Made by a program: the position numbers and the translations under genes. The notes under the pieces are model-generated. The model saw only the letters and a list, made by a program, of their open reading frames with translations, was not told where the DNA came from and did not search any database. From the sequence record OQ411014.1: a stretch of DNA of 64,000 nt; one strand, 5' to 3'. Of the stretch, positions 9,730 through 18,332 are shown piece after piece. Within the stretch, counting starts at the first letter, position 1. The number at the start of each line of letters is the position of its first letter.

Positions 9730-9752
9730 TGGGGGAGTTTCAATACTCCCCA
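9730..9752 (+). terminator. Terminator-like hairpin after phoH
   Basis: TGGGGGAGT-ttcaat-ACTCCCCA, weak U tract. Confidence 0.55.
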
Positions 9753-9769
9753 TTCATTTGGACAGTACT

Positions 9770-9967
9770 ATGAGTTTAGATTTGAACTTAGTTCGACACG
9801 CACTGTCACGGTTTGATTGGGCTGATACATTATTTTCGTTAGCTGAACAATCATTATCAACGGTTCCGGCTGATAACACTGACAGGCTTAAGCGTTTGTC
9901 GTTGTTATACAAAACACAAGCCTTAGTGAATCATGACAGAATTTTGAATAGAAGAAAAATGTTATAA
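9770..9967 (+). CDS. Possible small hypothetical protein
   Basis: 65-aa ORF from ATG 9770, weak SD. Confidence 0.35.
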   Translation: MSLDLNLVRHALSRFDWADTLFSLAEQSLSTVPADNTDRLKRLSLLYKTQALVNHDRILNRRKML

Positions 9968-9971
9968 ATTA

Positions 9972-10001
9972 TTGAGACAAAACTCAATACTATGATATAA
10001 T
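9972..10001 (+). promoter_or_regulatory. Early promoter, TTGAGA-N18-TATAAT class
   Basis: TTGAGA...TGATATAAT; downstream agatacatcaac resembles the sequence after the 634 promoter. Confidence 0.72.
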
Positions 10002-10031
10002 AGATACATCAACAACAAAGAGGAAATAAAC

Positions 10032-10280
10032 ATGGAACAGAATAAAAAAGAAGCTCAAAACTCCCGTCGCGTAGCAATGGATAAACTATCCGCTCTAACA
10101 GAACTCAAGAAACTACGTCGTGACGGTATCCTAACTCGTCAACAGTTCCGTCGTGAAGTATGGGACAAAGGTCTACAAACTGGCGTGAAAGGTGTTCCAG
10201 AAATCACTGCTTTCGAAGTTGTGAAAGTAGATGGTAAGAAAGCACTAACCGTTCAAGTTCGTCCTTGGGGTCGTATCTGA
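10032..10280 (+). CDS. Basic hypothetical early protein
   Basis: 82 aa, SD AGAGG, high-expression codon usage. Confidence 0.75.
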   Translation: MEQNKKEAQNSRRVAMDKLSALTELKKLRRDGILTRQQFRREVWDKGLQTGVKGVPEITAFEVVKVDGKKALTVQVRPWGRI

Positions 10281-10306
10281 AACGGGCATATTCTAAACAA
10301 TTTTGA

Positions 10307-10312
10307 TAAATA
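10307..10312 (+). promoter_or_regulatory. Late promoter motif (TAAATA) with no downstream ORF
   Basis: ATAAATAACATTA (10306-10318) is identical to the 13-mer upstream of the tail sheath gene (47234-47246). Confidence 0.5.
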
Positions 10313-10369
10313 ACATTACAAGAATAATAATAAAGTTATTTAACTCCATGTTGTTTAGTTATACTTTCC

Positions 10370-10396
10370 AGCCCACTAATTTAGTGGGCTTTTTTT
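10370..10396 (+). terminator. Rho-independent terminator
   Basis: AGCCCACTA-att-TAGTGGGCT plus T run. Confidence 0.85.
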
Positions 10397-10409
10397 ATGT
10401 GGTGACTAT

Positions 10410-11108
10410 ATGAATTTCGAACAGACAGTACTGAAAGCTGTTAGAGAACACGTAATATACTTCAGTGGTTACAGTACTTTTAGGGGGTATTACATCGTTG
10501 GTTCATTCATGCAATGTAAACGTTGTATCTTCATGGAACCTAAAGATATAGATGTAATTATTGTAACCAATGAGAAAGAAGAAATAGGTGAAAAGGAATA
10601 TAGTTTCTTCATTGAAGAAGCTGATAACATTGAAGTTAATGTTACAGTACTGACACCTGTTGAAAACCTAAATTCTATAATCAGACTCGAACCAAAGTAC
10701 TTTGATTCATTCTGTTCATCTAAGTCTCTTGAATGGGACATTGATGGTATTCGTAATATTTCTAATTCTGAAATCAGGTCTAAGGTCATGAAGTTCTCTG
10801 ACTTAGCTTTCAACAAAGGCAAAAAGAAACTCACCATAGAAAAAGATTACGATGAAGAATTAGGACTCAAGAATATTTGTCATGCTTATCGTTTTCTGAT
10901 TGATGCTATCCGGTTCTATTACCCATCTACACCTATGTTAGAGAAAGAGATGATGGACTTAGGTTATAGCAAGTACCGCAATCGGGTTTATAAAATTTAC
11001 AAAAATACGCAAGGTACACTTGACGATAAGTACCAAGCTATGGTAAAGTACGCTAAACCTGAATACAACAGGATGTGTTCAGAGTTTAGGAAATTGTTCC
11101 CTCGATAA
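10410..11108 (+). CDS. Pol-beta-like nucleotidyltransferase, specificity unknown
   Basis: IVGS...KDIDVIIV (GS + DxD) motif and helical C-terminus. Confidence 0.55.
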   Translation: MNFEQTVLKAVREHVIYFSGYSTFRGYYIVGSFMQCKRCIFMEPKDIDVIIVTNEKEEIGEKEYSFFIEEADNIEVNVTVLTPVENLNSIIRLEPKYFDSFCSSKSLEWDIDGIRNISNSEIRSKVMKFSDLAFNKGKKKLTIEKDYDEELGLKNICHAYRFLIDAIRFYYPSTPMLEKEMMDLGYSKYRNRVYKIYKNTQGTLDDKYQAMVKYAKPEYNRMCSEFRKLFPR

Positions 11109-11119
11109 AAGGAGTTTAT

Positions 11120-11410
11120 ATGCAATACAGACCACTATACGACCATGTTCTTGCTAAACAGATTGTTCATGAAGCTAAGAGTTCTTTTGGTATCATCCTG
11201 AACAGTACTGGTGTAGAAGAGACAACTACTGCTACTGTTGTTGCAGTTGGTACTGGGTCGAAGAATAGCCTAGGGAAAGTTATTCCAGTTGGTGTAAACG
11301 TAGGTGATGTGGTATCATTCAGTCCTGATGCTGCTGTTCATCGTGTTACACTAGATGGTACTGAATATCTTGTTATGCGTAAAGATTGCATCTTAGGCGT
11401 ACAGGAATAA
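11120..11410 (+). CDS. groES: Co-chaperonin GroES
   Basis: RPLYDHVL, GIIL mobile loop, VVAVGTG, VGDVV, YLVMRKDCILGV. Confidence 0.92.
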   Translation: MQYRPLYDHVLAKQIVHEAKSSFGIILNSTGVEETTTATVVAVGTGSKNSLGKVIPVGVNVGDVVSFSPDAAVHRVTLDGTEYLVMRKDCILGVQE

Positions 11411-11415
11411 CATAA

Positions 11416-11442
11416 AGGGAGCCATTATGGTTCCCTATTTTT
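11416..11442 (+). terminator. Rho-independent terminator
   Basis: AGGGAGCC-attat-GGTTCCCT plus T run. Confidence 0.7.
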
Positions 11443-11456
11443 ATGAGGTCAATATA

Positions 11457-11798
11457 ATGAACGTGAATACCAGTACTGAACGATTGAAAATTTACGAAAC
11501 ACTAGAACGATATCTTGATATTGATGAAGTTAGTCCACAATATATTATTGACATTTTACAAAAACACGTCGATAATAATCCAGGAAAATGCCTTGTATGT
11601 TATTGCAACGAAGATATGTTAGAAATAACTGCTTCACACTTGGAAACTGATGAAGAATATAACGCCAGACAAAACTTTATCCAACAGCAGCAAGAACGAA
11701 AAGAAACTGAAAAACACATGAAAGCACTGATGAAGAAGTCATCACTCAGTACTGAAGAAAAAGCACTCCTAATCAAATACATTGAGGAAAACAAATGA
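11457..11798 (+). CDS. Hypothetical protein
   Basis: Start moved to ATG 11457 (SD GAGG, after the terminator). Confidence 0.65.
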   Translation: MNVNTSTERLKIYETLERYLDIDEVSPQYIIDILQKHVDNNPGKCLVCYCNEDMLEITASHLETDEEYNARQNFIQQQQERKETEKHMKALMKKSSLSTEEKALLIKYIEENK

Positions 11799-12568
11799 AT
11801 CGTGAAAAGATGCTTTATCATGCAAAAGAAAAGGGTTGTTTGAATTTTGATATCTACACAATGAAACGTGAAACACGTGATAACCTGGACTTCCTTTTGG
11901 ATGGTGACTTTTTAGATTTCAAAACAGACAGTGCATTCGGTAATGATCGCAACAGTAAATGGCAGGAATACGTAATCACCAATAGGGGTATTGCATTACT
12001 GGGAGTGTATCGTCTTGAGTATGCACATCTCAATGAACGTGATACTGAAAAACATATCGGTCGCATCGAACAACTTCGTGAATTACTTGATGTTGTTGAT
12101 GTAAAGCTAACTGATATTGAATATGCATTTACGAATAACCAACGTAAATCAGTGAACTACATGAACACCAACTATCCTACTGGTGCAAGTACATTAGTTC
12201 ACAAGATAAAAGAACAAGAAAAAAGTGTTGACACAACTCCCAATGATGAGCTATCATTACTCTCGTTGTTTGAGTTCAGTACTGAATTAGGTAAAAAAGG
12301 TTCCAGTACTAAACGCTCTGACGATTATGTCCTGAAGAAGTGTATGGAAGAACTTGGTGAGTTAGCTCTTGAAGTTACTATCAGTCAAGGTGAATCCTAC
12401 AAAGAACCAGGCAAAGATGGTGTCAAAGGTGAAGCAGTAGATTTAGCGATTTGTGCACTTGACATGTTCGCATTACAATGTAATAATATGAGTCCAGACG
12501 AGATAGAACGTGAGTTCTTGACTTATATGACAACTAAAGTGAATAAGTGGAGAAATACTCTAAAATGA
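11795..12568 (+). CDS. Two-domain protein with C-terminal MazG-like NTP pyrophosphohydrolase
   Basis: KCMEELGELA...EAVDLAICALD (EExxE...ExxD). Confidence 0.65.
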   Translation: MNREKMLYHAKEKGCLNFDIYTMKRETRDNLDFLLDGDFLDFKTDSAFGNDRNSKWQEYVITNRGIALLGVYRLEYAHLNERDTEKHIGRIEQLRELLDVVDVKLTDIEYAFTNNQRKSVNYMNTNYPTGASTLVHKIKEQEKSVDTTPNDELSLLSLFEFSTELGKKGSSTKRSDDYVLKKCMEELGELALEVTISQGESYKEPGKDGVKGEAVDLAICALDMFALQCNNMSPDEIEREFLTYMTTKVNKWRNTLK

Positions 12569-12843
12569 GTAACACTAACAGTACTATCAAAGTTGAATGG
12601 TATGATAAAGTTACTGAAGTTCGTGCTCAGTGGGAGAATAATCATTTTATCTCTGACGGCGGGTTAGCTGGGCGAATCTACTTCAGTGATGAGTTCAATC
12701 AAGAATGGAGTGCTGGTGAACCTAAGTATTCAGTACTCCACGATGATGGACAATCTTCAGTAGTAGAGTTCGATGAAGAATGTGAGGAATTTGTTTCTGT
12801 TCAATCACATTTACCAATTATCTATTACAACAAAGAGAAATAA
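12565..12843 (+). CDS. Hypothetical protein
   Basis: ATGA overlap with the previous gene. Confidence 0.65.
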   Translation: MSNTNSTIKVEWYDKVTEVRAQWENNHFISDGGLAGRIYFSDEFNQEWSAGEPKYSVLHDDGQSSVVEFDEECEEFVSVQSHLPIIYYNKEK

Positions 12844-13037
12844 TGAAAAAAGTTCTTGCAGTACTGCTATCTACTATGATAGTATCTTGTTCTGCTCCTG
12901 ATGTTAAACCTGGTGAAGCATACCAGGTTTATCCTGGACTGGTACAATTACAAATGCAGGGTGCAACGTACTCTTGTCATGAAATTCACGAAGATAATAC
13001 TCTATCTTTAATGTGTCGCAAAAACCGAATGAGGTAA
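12843..13037 (+). CDS. Small lipoprotein
   Basis: MKK + hydrophobic segment + IVSC lipobox. Confidence 0.55.
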   Translation: MKKVLAVLLSTMIVSCSAPDVKPGEAYQVYPGLVQLQMQGATYSCHEIHEDNTLSLMCRKNRMR

Positions 13038-13043
13038 TATAAC

Positions 13044-13376
13044 ATGAAAACTTCCGTACTAATTGCAGTTGATACCAGTGGTGAATACAACAACGAACAC
13101 ACCAAGAGTCGAGTACTGGACATTCTTCGTAACCTGTGTCCTCGTTCTAATGTTGATTTGATTACTTTCGATGCTGATGGTATTCTGCAATGGGATATTC
13201 CGGTGTTCCTTGAAAATAACATCGTCGGTTACGAAACCAAATCCGATTTCATGAGCATCCTTGAATATATGGATGAAACTGATTATGACCGTCAATTCAT
13301 TTTAGTTGAAAATTTTGATGGACTTCAAGACACAATTGATGTATATTCTCTGAAAACACACGGCTTTGTAGCCTAA
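13044..13376 (+). CDS. Stand-alone degenerate vWA-like domain
   Basis: LIAVDTSG, LITFD and DF..I..YM...FDG align by eye with the vWA domain at 59841-61253. Confidence 0.5.
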   Translation: MKTSVLIAVDTSGEYNNEHTKSRVLDILRNLCPRSNVDLITFDADGILQWDIPVFLENNIVGYETKSDFMSILEYMDETDYDRQFILVENFDGLQDTIDVYSLKTHGFVA

Positions 13377-13420
13377 AAAATAAACAACTTAGTAAATAAT
13401 TTCATATAGGAAAACAATAA

Positions 13421-13594
13421 ATGAGCAATACAAATAAACCCCTACTGTGTGGTCACTGTTCCAAAACACTGGGTGAACATAATTCCGTTGACGCAGGGTG
13501 TCCAATTCAAGTAGGGAAACTGGTCGTGGCTTTCAGTAAATCAAAGAAATTCACTGAACATGCTCCTATTGCTAAAATGGAATTCTTTTACTAA
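13421..13594 (+). CDS. 57-aa Cys/His protein (CGHC...H...C), possible zinc finger
   Basis: Below the ORF-track cutoff; SD AGGA, TAAATA at 13393; MSNTNKPLLCGHCSKTLGEHNSVDAGCP... Confidence 0.55.
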   Translation: MSNTNKPLLCGHCSKTLGEHNSVDAGCPIQVGKLVVAFSKSKKFTEHAPIAKMEFFY

Positions 13595-13602
13595 CTAACA
13601 AA

Positions 13603-13716
13603 TGAAGTACTATAAGCCGTGCCGCTGGGTAATATCAGCATAAGACCGTACGCGACAGAAGCTAATACAGAGAGTCCCTACTCGGTATACCATCCTCTCT
13701 GGGCGATAGTACTTCA
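13603..13716 (+). ncRNA. Candidate structured RNA (multi-branch, about 114 nt)
   Basis: Perfect 11-bp closing stem TGAAGTACTAT/ATAGTACTTCA; inner stems GCTGG/TCAGC and CAGAGAG/CTCTCTG. Confidence 0.4.
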
Positions 13717-13741
13717 CCCTTTAATTACAAGGAGTGCAGTG

Positions 13742-14380
13742 ATGAAAGACTTCAAAGATATGACCACATCAGATAAGTACTGGTACATCATCGAACATCC
13801 GGCGTTCATGAATGATGAGTTCGTTTCAGTAAACATCTGTGTTGAACCACAAAACGTATGCCCCATTACTGAACGTATCGAGAATTACAAACCACTGAAT
13901 ACTAAAGTTCAGTACTGGATAGAGTTCTGTCCTCCGTATAAAGATTCGTACACTAATAACAAATTCGTACAATCACACGATACTGATTGTGATTGTGGTG
14001 GTTGGACGTATGAAGAAGCAATCGATAATCTCTTCGATTTGGTTATCGAGAAGTACGGCTCTTACACCGACGAAGACCTAAAAACTAAAATGGGTGAAGT
14101 TTTTGGGACTACCAAACCAGTAATTTGGAAACGCAGCGTTGAGGATCGTGTCCAGGCACTACTCAAACAGCGTACATCAAATAAAGTAGAAGACCCGTTG
14201 GAATTCACTTTCTTAGAAAAAGATATCAAAAATCTAAAAGGTACACTCCATGCCTTGACTGAACATCGAAAGACTGCTAATATAGATTCATACAGTGAAA
14301 TTGACGATTGCATTCAGAATTGTAAAGTAGATATATCTATTCTGGAAGCATCATTAAAAATCGGAATGATGATTGAATGA
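13742..14380 (+). CDS. Hypothetical protein
   Basis: Start moved to ATG 13742 (SD AGGAG); Cys-containing N-terminal domain and coiled-coil C-terminus. Confidence 0.7.
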   Translation: MKDFKDMTTSDKYWYIIEHPAFMNDEFVSVNICVEPQNVCPITERIENYKPLNTKVQYWIEFCPPYKDSYTNNKFVQSHDTDCDCGGWTYEEAIDNLFDLVIEKYGSYTDEDLKTKMGEVFGTTKPVIWKRSVEDRVQALLKQRTSNKVEDPLEFTFLEKDIKNLKGTLHALTEHRKTANIDSYSEIDDCIQNCKVDISILEASLKIGMMIE

Positions 14381-14751
14381 ATCCCAAATTAGAACGATTG
14401 GTAAATGAATTACGTACCCTGCCACCTTTGGAGTTAGATGAAGGTGCAGGGCGTAGACGTTATCGTGTTATTGCACGTGCACTTGATAAGCGTGGACGTG
14501 TGATTTGTACCAGAACTAACACGTATAAAACGTCACATCCAGTACAGAAGCATTTCGCGTTAAAGGTTGGTCGTCCTGATGCAATCTTTTTGCACGCTGA
14601 AATTTCAGTACTACTCTCTGCAAAACAGGATGTTCATACACTCCTTATTGCTAGAATCGATAGTAATGGTAATCCCGCTCTCGCTAAACCTTGCGAGATT
14701 TGTTCTATCGCAATTCAGCAATACGGTGTAAAAGAAATTATCCATACATAA
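14377..14751 (+). CDS. Zn-dependent cytidine/dCMP-deaminase-fold protein
   Basis: HAE and PCEIC motifs. Confidence 0.8.
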   Translation: MNPKLERLVNELRTLPPLELDEGAGRRRYRVIARALDKRGRVICTRTNTYKTSHPVQKHFALKVGRPDAIFLHAEISVLLSAKQDVHTLLIARIDSNGNPALAKPCEICSIAIQQYGVKEIIHT

Positions 14752-14760
14752 GGAAGTACA

Positions 14761-15318
14761 ATGACTATTATCGTGAATTTAGTAGGTGGTCCGTGCTGTG
14801 GAAAAAGTACTACTGCTGCTGGACTATTCAGTACTATGAAACTTCAAACAACTAACAAGGTTGAACTTGTTACTGAAGTTATCAAAGACCATGTGTACGA
14901 TGAGAACAAAGGTGCAATGCAAGACCAGGTTCTTCTTACTGCTGAACAGAATCACCGATTCAAACGTTTAGATGGTAAAGTTGATTTTGTAATCTCGGAC
15001 GCTTCCCTTTTGAACGCAATCGTGTATAATCAGTTCTACAATCAAAACAAAGATATCAGTACTGAACTATCTCGTAAACTATTCGAGAAGTACGATAACG
15101 TTGTATTCTTCCTTCCACGTAAGCCTCAATATGATGCATACGGACGTACACAGTCAGAAGAAGATGCACGTTTCATCGATGAACTTTTCGAGAGTGTGTT
15201 CTGGGAATATTCTATTCCTTTCATTGATATGCGTGAATATACTCACGATGTTCTTCCAGAAAAGATTCTTGAGAAACTTCAAGAGAAATTTGGCAATACT
15301 GTAACCCTACGAGGCTAA
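14761..15318 (+). CDS. P-loop kinase/ATPase of the NadR-like (AAA_28) type
   Basis: GGPCCGKST Walker A, ISDASLL, GRTQSEEDARFID. Confidence 0.7.
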   Translation: MTIIVNLVGGPCCGKSTTAAGLFSTMKLQTTNKVELVTEVIKDHVYDENKGAMQDQVLLTAEQNHRFKRLDGKVDFVISDASLLNAIVYNQFYNQNKDISTELSRKLFEKYDNVVFFLPRKPQYDAYGRTQSEEDARFIDELFESVFWEYSIPFIDMREYTHDVLPEKILEKLQEKFGNTVTLRG

Positions 15319-15319
15319 T

Positions 15320-15502
15320 ATGAAAACAATCTTCAGTAAAGAGTACGATGGAGAAGATCTTTACGATCTAAATCGTGATATCAGTGAAGCACTGGATGAA
15401 CGATTCAATACGTTAGTAGGTTCAATCCCTACTGATGAAAATGGTATTCAAGAAGGTAAATTCATTGTAACAGTAAAGTGGACTGCACACGAGGATGACT
15501 AA
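15320..15502 (+). CDS. Hypothetical protein
   Basis: Coupled 60-aa ORF. Confidence 0.6.
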   Translation: MKTIFSKEYDGEDLYDLNRDISEALDERFNTLVGSIPTDENGIQEGKFIVTVKWTAHEDD

Positions 15503-15945
15503 TGCTTCAGTACTGTGATGGTATAGAGGTTAGTCACTATATAGAATCCAGAATACACAAGTATGATTTCTTAGGTTTTCTACCATTGATTGATGTGGAC
15601 GGTCTTGAGTACTATACTGTTGAAAACAAAGGTAGATTGAGTGATATTTTTGCACGTGTTTCTCCTGTTATTGGTGAGGAATCGGACATGATTACTGAAC
15701 TTGAGTATTGGTTCACTCAACCGATTCCCCAAGATGCACGAGAAGAACGAAAGTTATATCATGAATATTATCGTGATGAATTTATAAAACGCTTGCAAGA
15801 ATGGAAATACTGTGTTAGATTCTTAGGGTGCGACGACGCTGATTACTTCATGCGTTTCAAAAACAAGGAACATGCTCTGGAGTTCCTAAATACCGTCAGT
15901 TCGTTTGACGAAATATATAATCATGAACATTCAATGATGTGGTAA
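15502..15945 (+). CDS. Hypothetical protein
   Basis: Coupled 147-aa ORF. Confidence 0.7.
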   Translation: MLQYCDGIEVSHYIESRIHKYDFLGFLPLIDVDGLEYYTVENKGRLSDIFARVSPVIGEESDMITELEYWFTQPIPQDAREERKLYHEYYRDEFIKRLQEWKYCVRFLGCDDADYFMRFKNKEHALEFLNTVSSFDEIYNHEHSMMW

Positions 15946-15955
15946 GGAAAATATA

Positions 15956-16369
15956 ATGGCTAATACTATTGCAATGAAAAACACAACCACTGGTGAAATC
16001 CGTAATGGTTTCACTGGTTTCTCTTGGACAACCCTGTTCTTCTGGGCTTTCCCAGCAATCTTCCGAATGGACTTTGTTACATTCATCGTGGTGTTCCTAG
16101 TAACACTAGTACTGTCAGCTACTACCATGTTCGGTGGTGCTATCCTAGTAATCGTATGGGCGTTCCTGTACAACCGTTACTACACCATTAGTCTTATCCG
16201 AAAGGGTTACAAGTTCAATGGTACTCACGAAGAGAACAAAGCAGCAGCAATGATTCTCAGGATTGAACTAAATGCTAATAACTGTCTAACTACTGAACCA
16301 GTACCACAAACTCCAGCACCTGCACCAGTTGCACAACCTGAAGTTCAGGGAGAACCAGTACAGAAATAA
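15956..16369 (+). CDS. Membrane protein (DUF2628-like) with Pro-rich tail
   Basis: GFSWTTLFF...WAFLYNRYY...L.RKGYK pattern. Confidence 0.55.
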   Translation: MANTIAMKNTTTGEIRNGFTGFSWTTLFFWAFPAIFRMDFVTFIVVFLVTLVLSATTMFGGAILVIVWAFLYNRYYTISLIRKGYKFNGTHEENKAAAMILRIELNANNCLTTEPVPQTPAPAPVAQPEVQGEPVQK

Positions 16370-16377
16370 TCCTCTCT

Positions 16378-16404
16378 AAGAGCGTCCTTTATGGACGCTT
16401 TTTT
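16378..16404 (+). terminator. Rho-independent terminator
   Basis: AGCGTCC-tttat-GGACGCT plus T run. Confidence 0.85.
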
Positions 16405-16526
16405 CGTTTTATGTTAATGAAATATAACAGTACTAATATTGATTTAGGTCAACGTATTTTGGGCTTCATGGACGTATAATTCTTCTCAATGGATGTAAAT
16501 AATTTACTAATAACAAGGAGAAGAAT

Positions 16527-18332
16527 ATGAAACATGATAAACTATACGCAGATGTGAACGATTTCTTGAGTCAGAGTAATCCTGATATTCTACAAGAGAA
16601 TGCTAACAAAGATTCCAAAATGGTGAATACTCACAGGGATTTACTCGCTGGGATACTTTCCAAACACTTCGCAGAGGAAGTTATCTCAGATGATTTGATG
16701 AAGTGGCATACTGAAGGTTATGGTCATATTCATGATTTAGATTACTACATTAGCCCGTTGACTAACTGTTGTTTAGTGAACTATCAAGAGATGCTAGAGA
16801 ATGGTTTCAAATTGGGTAATGCACAAGTTGGTTCCCCTAATAGCATTGGTGTAGCGTGTACAGTACTGACACAGATAGTACTGGCAGTTTCAGCTTCACA
16901 GTACGGTGGACAGTCCTTAGCTCACATTGATGCCGGATTAGCTCCGTATGTTCGGAAATCTCACGAACGTCTATTGAAGGAACAAGAAAAGTATAATCTA
17001 CCAGATGAATACGTTACTTCTGCTCTTGAGAAGGAAGTGTATGATTCTATGCAAGCAGTACTGTACCAAGTGAATACCATCACAAGTTCCAATGGACAAA
17101 CGCCTTTTATATCTATTAGCTTAGGTTTGGACACTTCTGTGTATGGTCGGATGATTACTTCTGCGTACTTGAAAGTTCATGAGAAAGGTCTAGGTAAAGA
17201 TGGTACTACTCCTGTATTCCCTAAAGTTATTTTCTTTTTGGATGAAGGTACTAACTTCAAGCCTAATGACCCAAATTACGATCTAAAGGTACAAGCGATG
17301 CAATGTGCATCAAAACGCATCTATCCTGACTTTGTTTCAGTACCGAAGAATAAAGAAGTAACTGGCAGTACAAGTACAGCAGTAACACCTATGGGTTGTC
17401 GTTCTTTCCTGTCACAATGGAAAAACGATGACGGTACTGAACAATACAACGGTCGCTTCAACTTAGGTGTAGTATCCATCAACTTACCGCTAATTGCTCT
17501 TGAAAGTCCGTCAGAAGAGGATTTCTATAGTAATGTGCGTCATCATATGGATATTGCATTCAGAGCACAGATGAACCGTGTAGAGCGTCTAAAGAGCATG
17601 AAAGCGAAGCAGAACCCTACACTTTTCATGGAAGGGGCAATTGCTCGTCTAAAAGCAGATGACACTATCGAAGAGCTATTTTATGATGGTTATGCGAGTA
17701 TTAGTATTGGATATGTCGGTTTAGCTGAATGTTCAGACATTTTACGTTCAGGACTGGATAAAGATTTTTGTGTAGAAATCCTGACCTTTATGAAAAATAT
17801 TTGTAATTCCTATACTGAAAACTCCAAAATCGCTTTTAGTCTGTACGGTACACCTGCGGAGTCATTATGCTACAAATTTGCGAAATGTATCGAGAAAAAG
17901 CATCCTTCAGTACTGAAACGTGATTTTATCACTAACTCATTCCATCAACCAGTTTGGGTGGATAGTACTCCATTTGAGAAGTTCAAATACGAAGAAGGGT
18001 TCTCTTTGCTCAGTAATGGTGGTAATATCAGTTACGTTGAAACTCCTAACCTTGCACAGAATATGAAGGCTCTAGAAGGTATTATTGACTATGCTTATCA
18101 CAGAATCCATTATTTTGGAATCAACCAGCCTGTTGACAGATGTTATGCTTGTCAGTTCAATGGTGAGTTCAAAGTAGATAAAAATGGGTTTCATTGTCCA
18201 CAATGTAATAACCGAGACGAAACGAAGATGTCTGTCATTAGACGTGTTTCTGGGTACTTGAGTTCTCCTAATAGCCGTCCTTTCAACAAAGGTAAGCAAC
18301 AGGAAGTAATTGTAAGGGTAAAACATAAATGA
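16527..18332 (+). CDS. nrdD: Anaerobic ribonucleoside-triphosphate reductase (class III), no ATP cone
   Basis: HIHDLD, TNCCL, SQYGGQ, MGCRSFL, GRFNLGVV, TPAES, CYAC/CPQC zinc site, RRVSGYL glycyl-radical loop. Confidence 0.96.
   Translation: MKHDKLYADVNDFLSQSNPDILQENANKDSKMVNTHRDLLAGILSKHFAEEVISDDLMKWHTEGYGHIHDLDYYISPLTNCCLVNYQEMLENGFKLGNAQVGSPNSIGVACTVLTQIVLAVSASQYGGQSLAHIDAGLAPYVRKSHERLLKEQEKYNLPDEYVTSALEKEVYDSMQAVLYQVNTITSSNGQTPFISISLGLDTSVYGRMITSAYLKVHEKGLGKDGTTPVFPKVIFFLDEGTNFKPNDPNYDLKVQAMQCASKRIYPDFVSVPKNKEVTGSTSTAVTPMGCRSFLSQWKNDDGTEQYNGRFNLGVVSINLPLIALESPSEEDFYSNVRHHMDIAFRAQMNRVERLKSMKAKQNPTLFMEGAIARLKADDTIEELFYDGYASISIGYVGLAECSDILRSGLDKDFCVEILTFMKNICNSYTENSKIAFSLYGTPAESLCYKFAKCIEKKHPSVLKRDFITNSFHQPVWVDSTPFEKFKYEEGFSLLSNGGNISYVETPNLAQNMKALEGIIDYAYHRIHYFGINQPVDRCYACQFNGEFKVDKNGFHCPQCNNRDETKMSVIRRVSGYLSSPNSRPFNKGKQQEVIVRVKHK

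Noticed and set aside
13603-13716. Known self-cleaving ribozyme or tRNA
   Set aside because: No CUGAUGA/GAAA hammerhead core, twister or pistol consensus, or T-loop on either strand.
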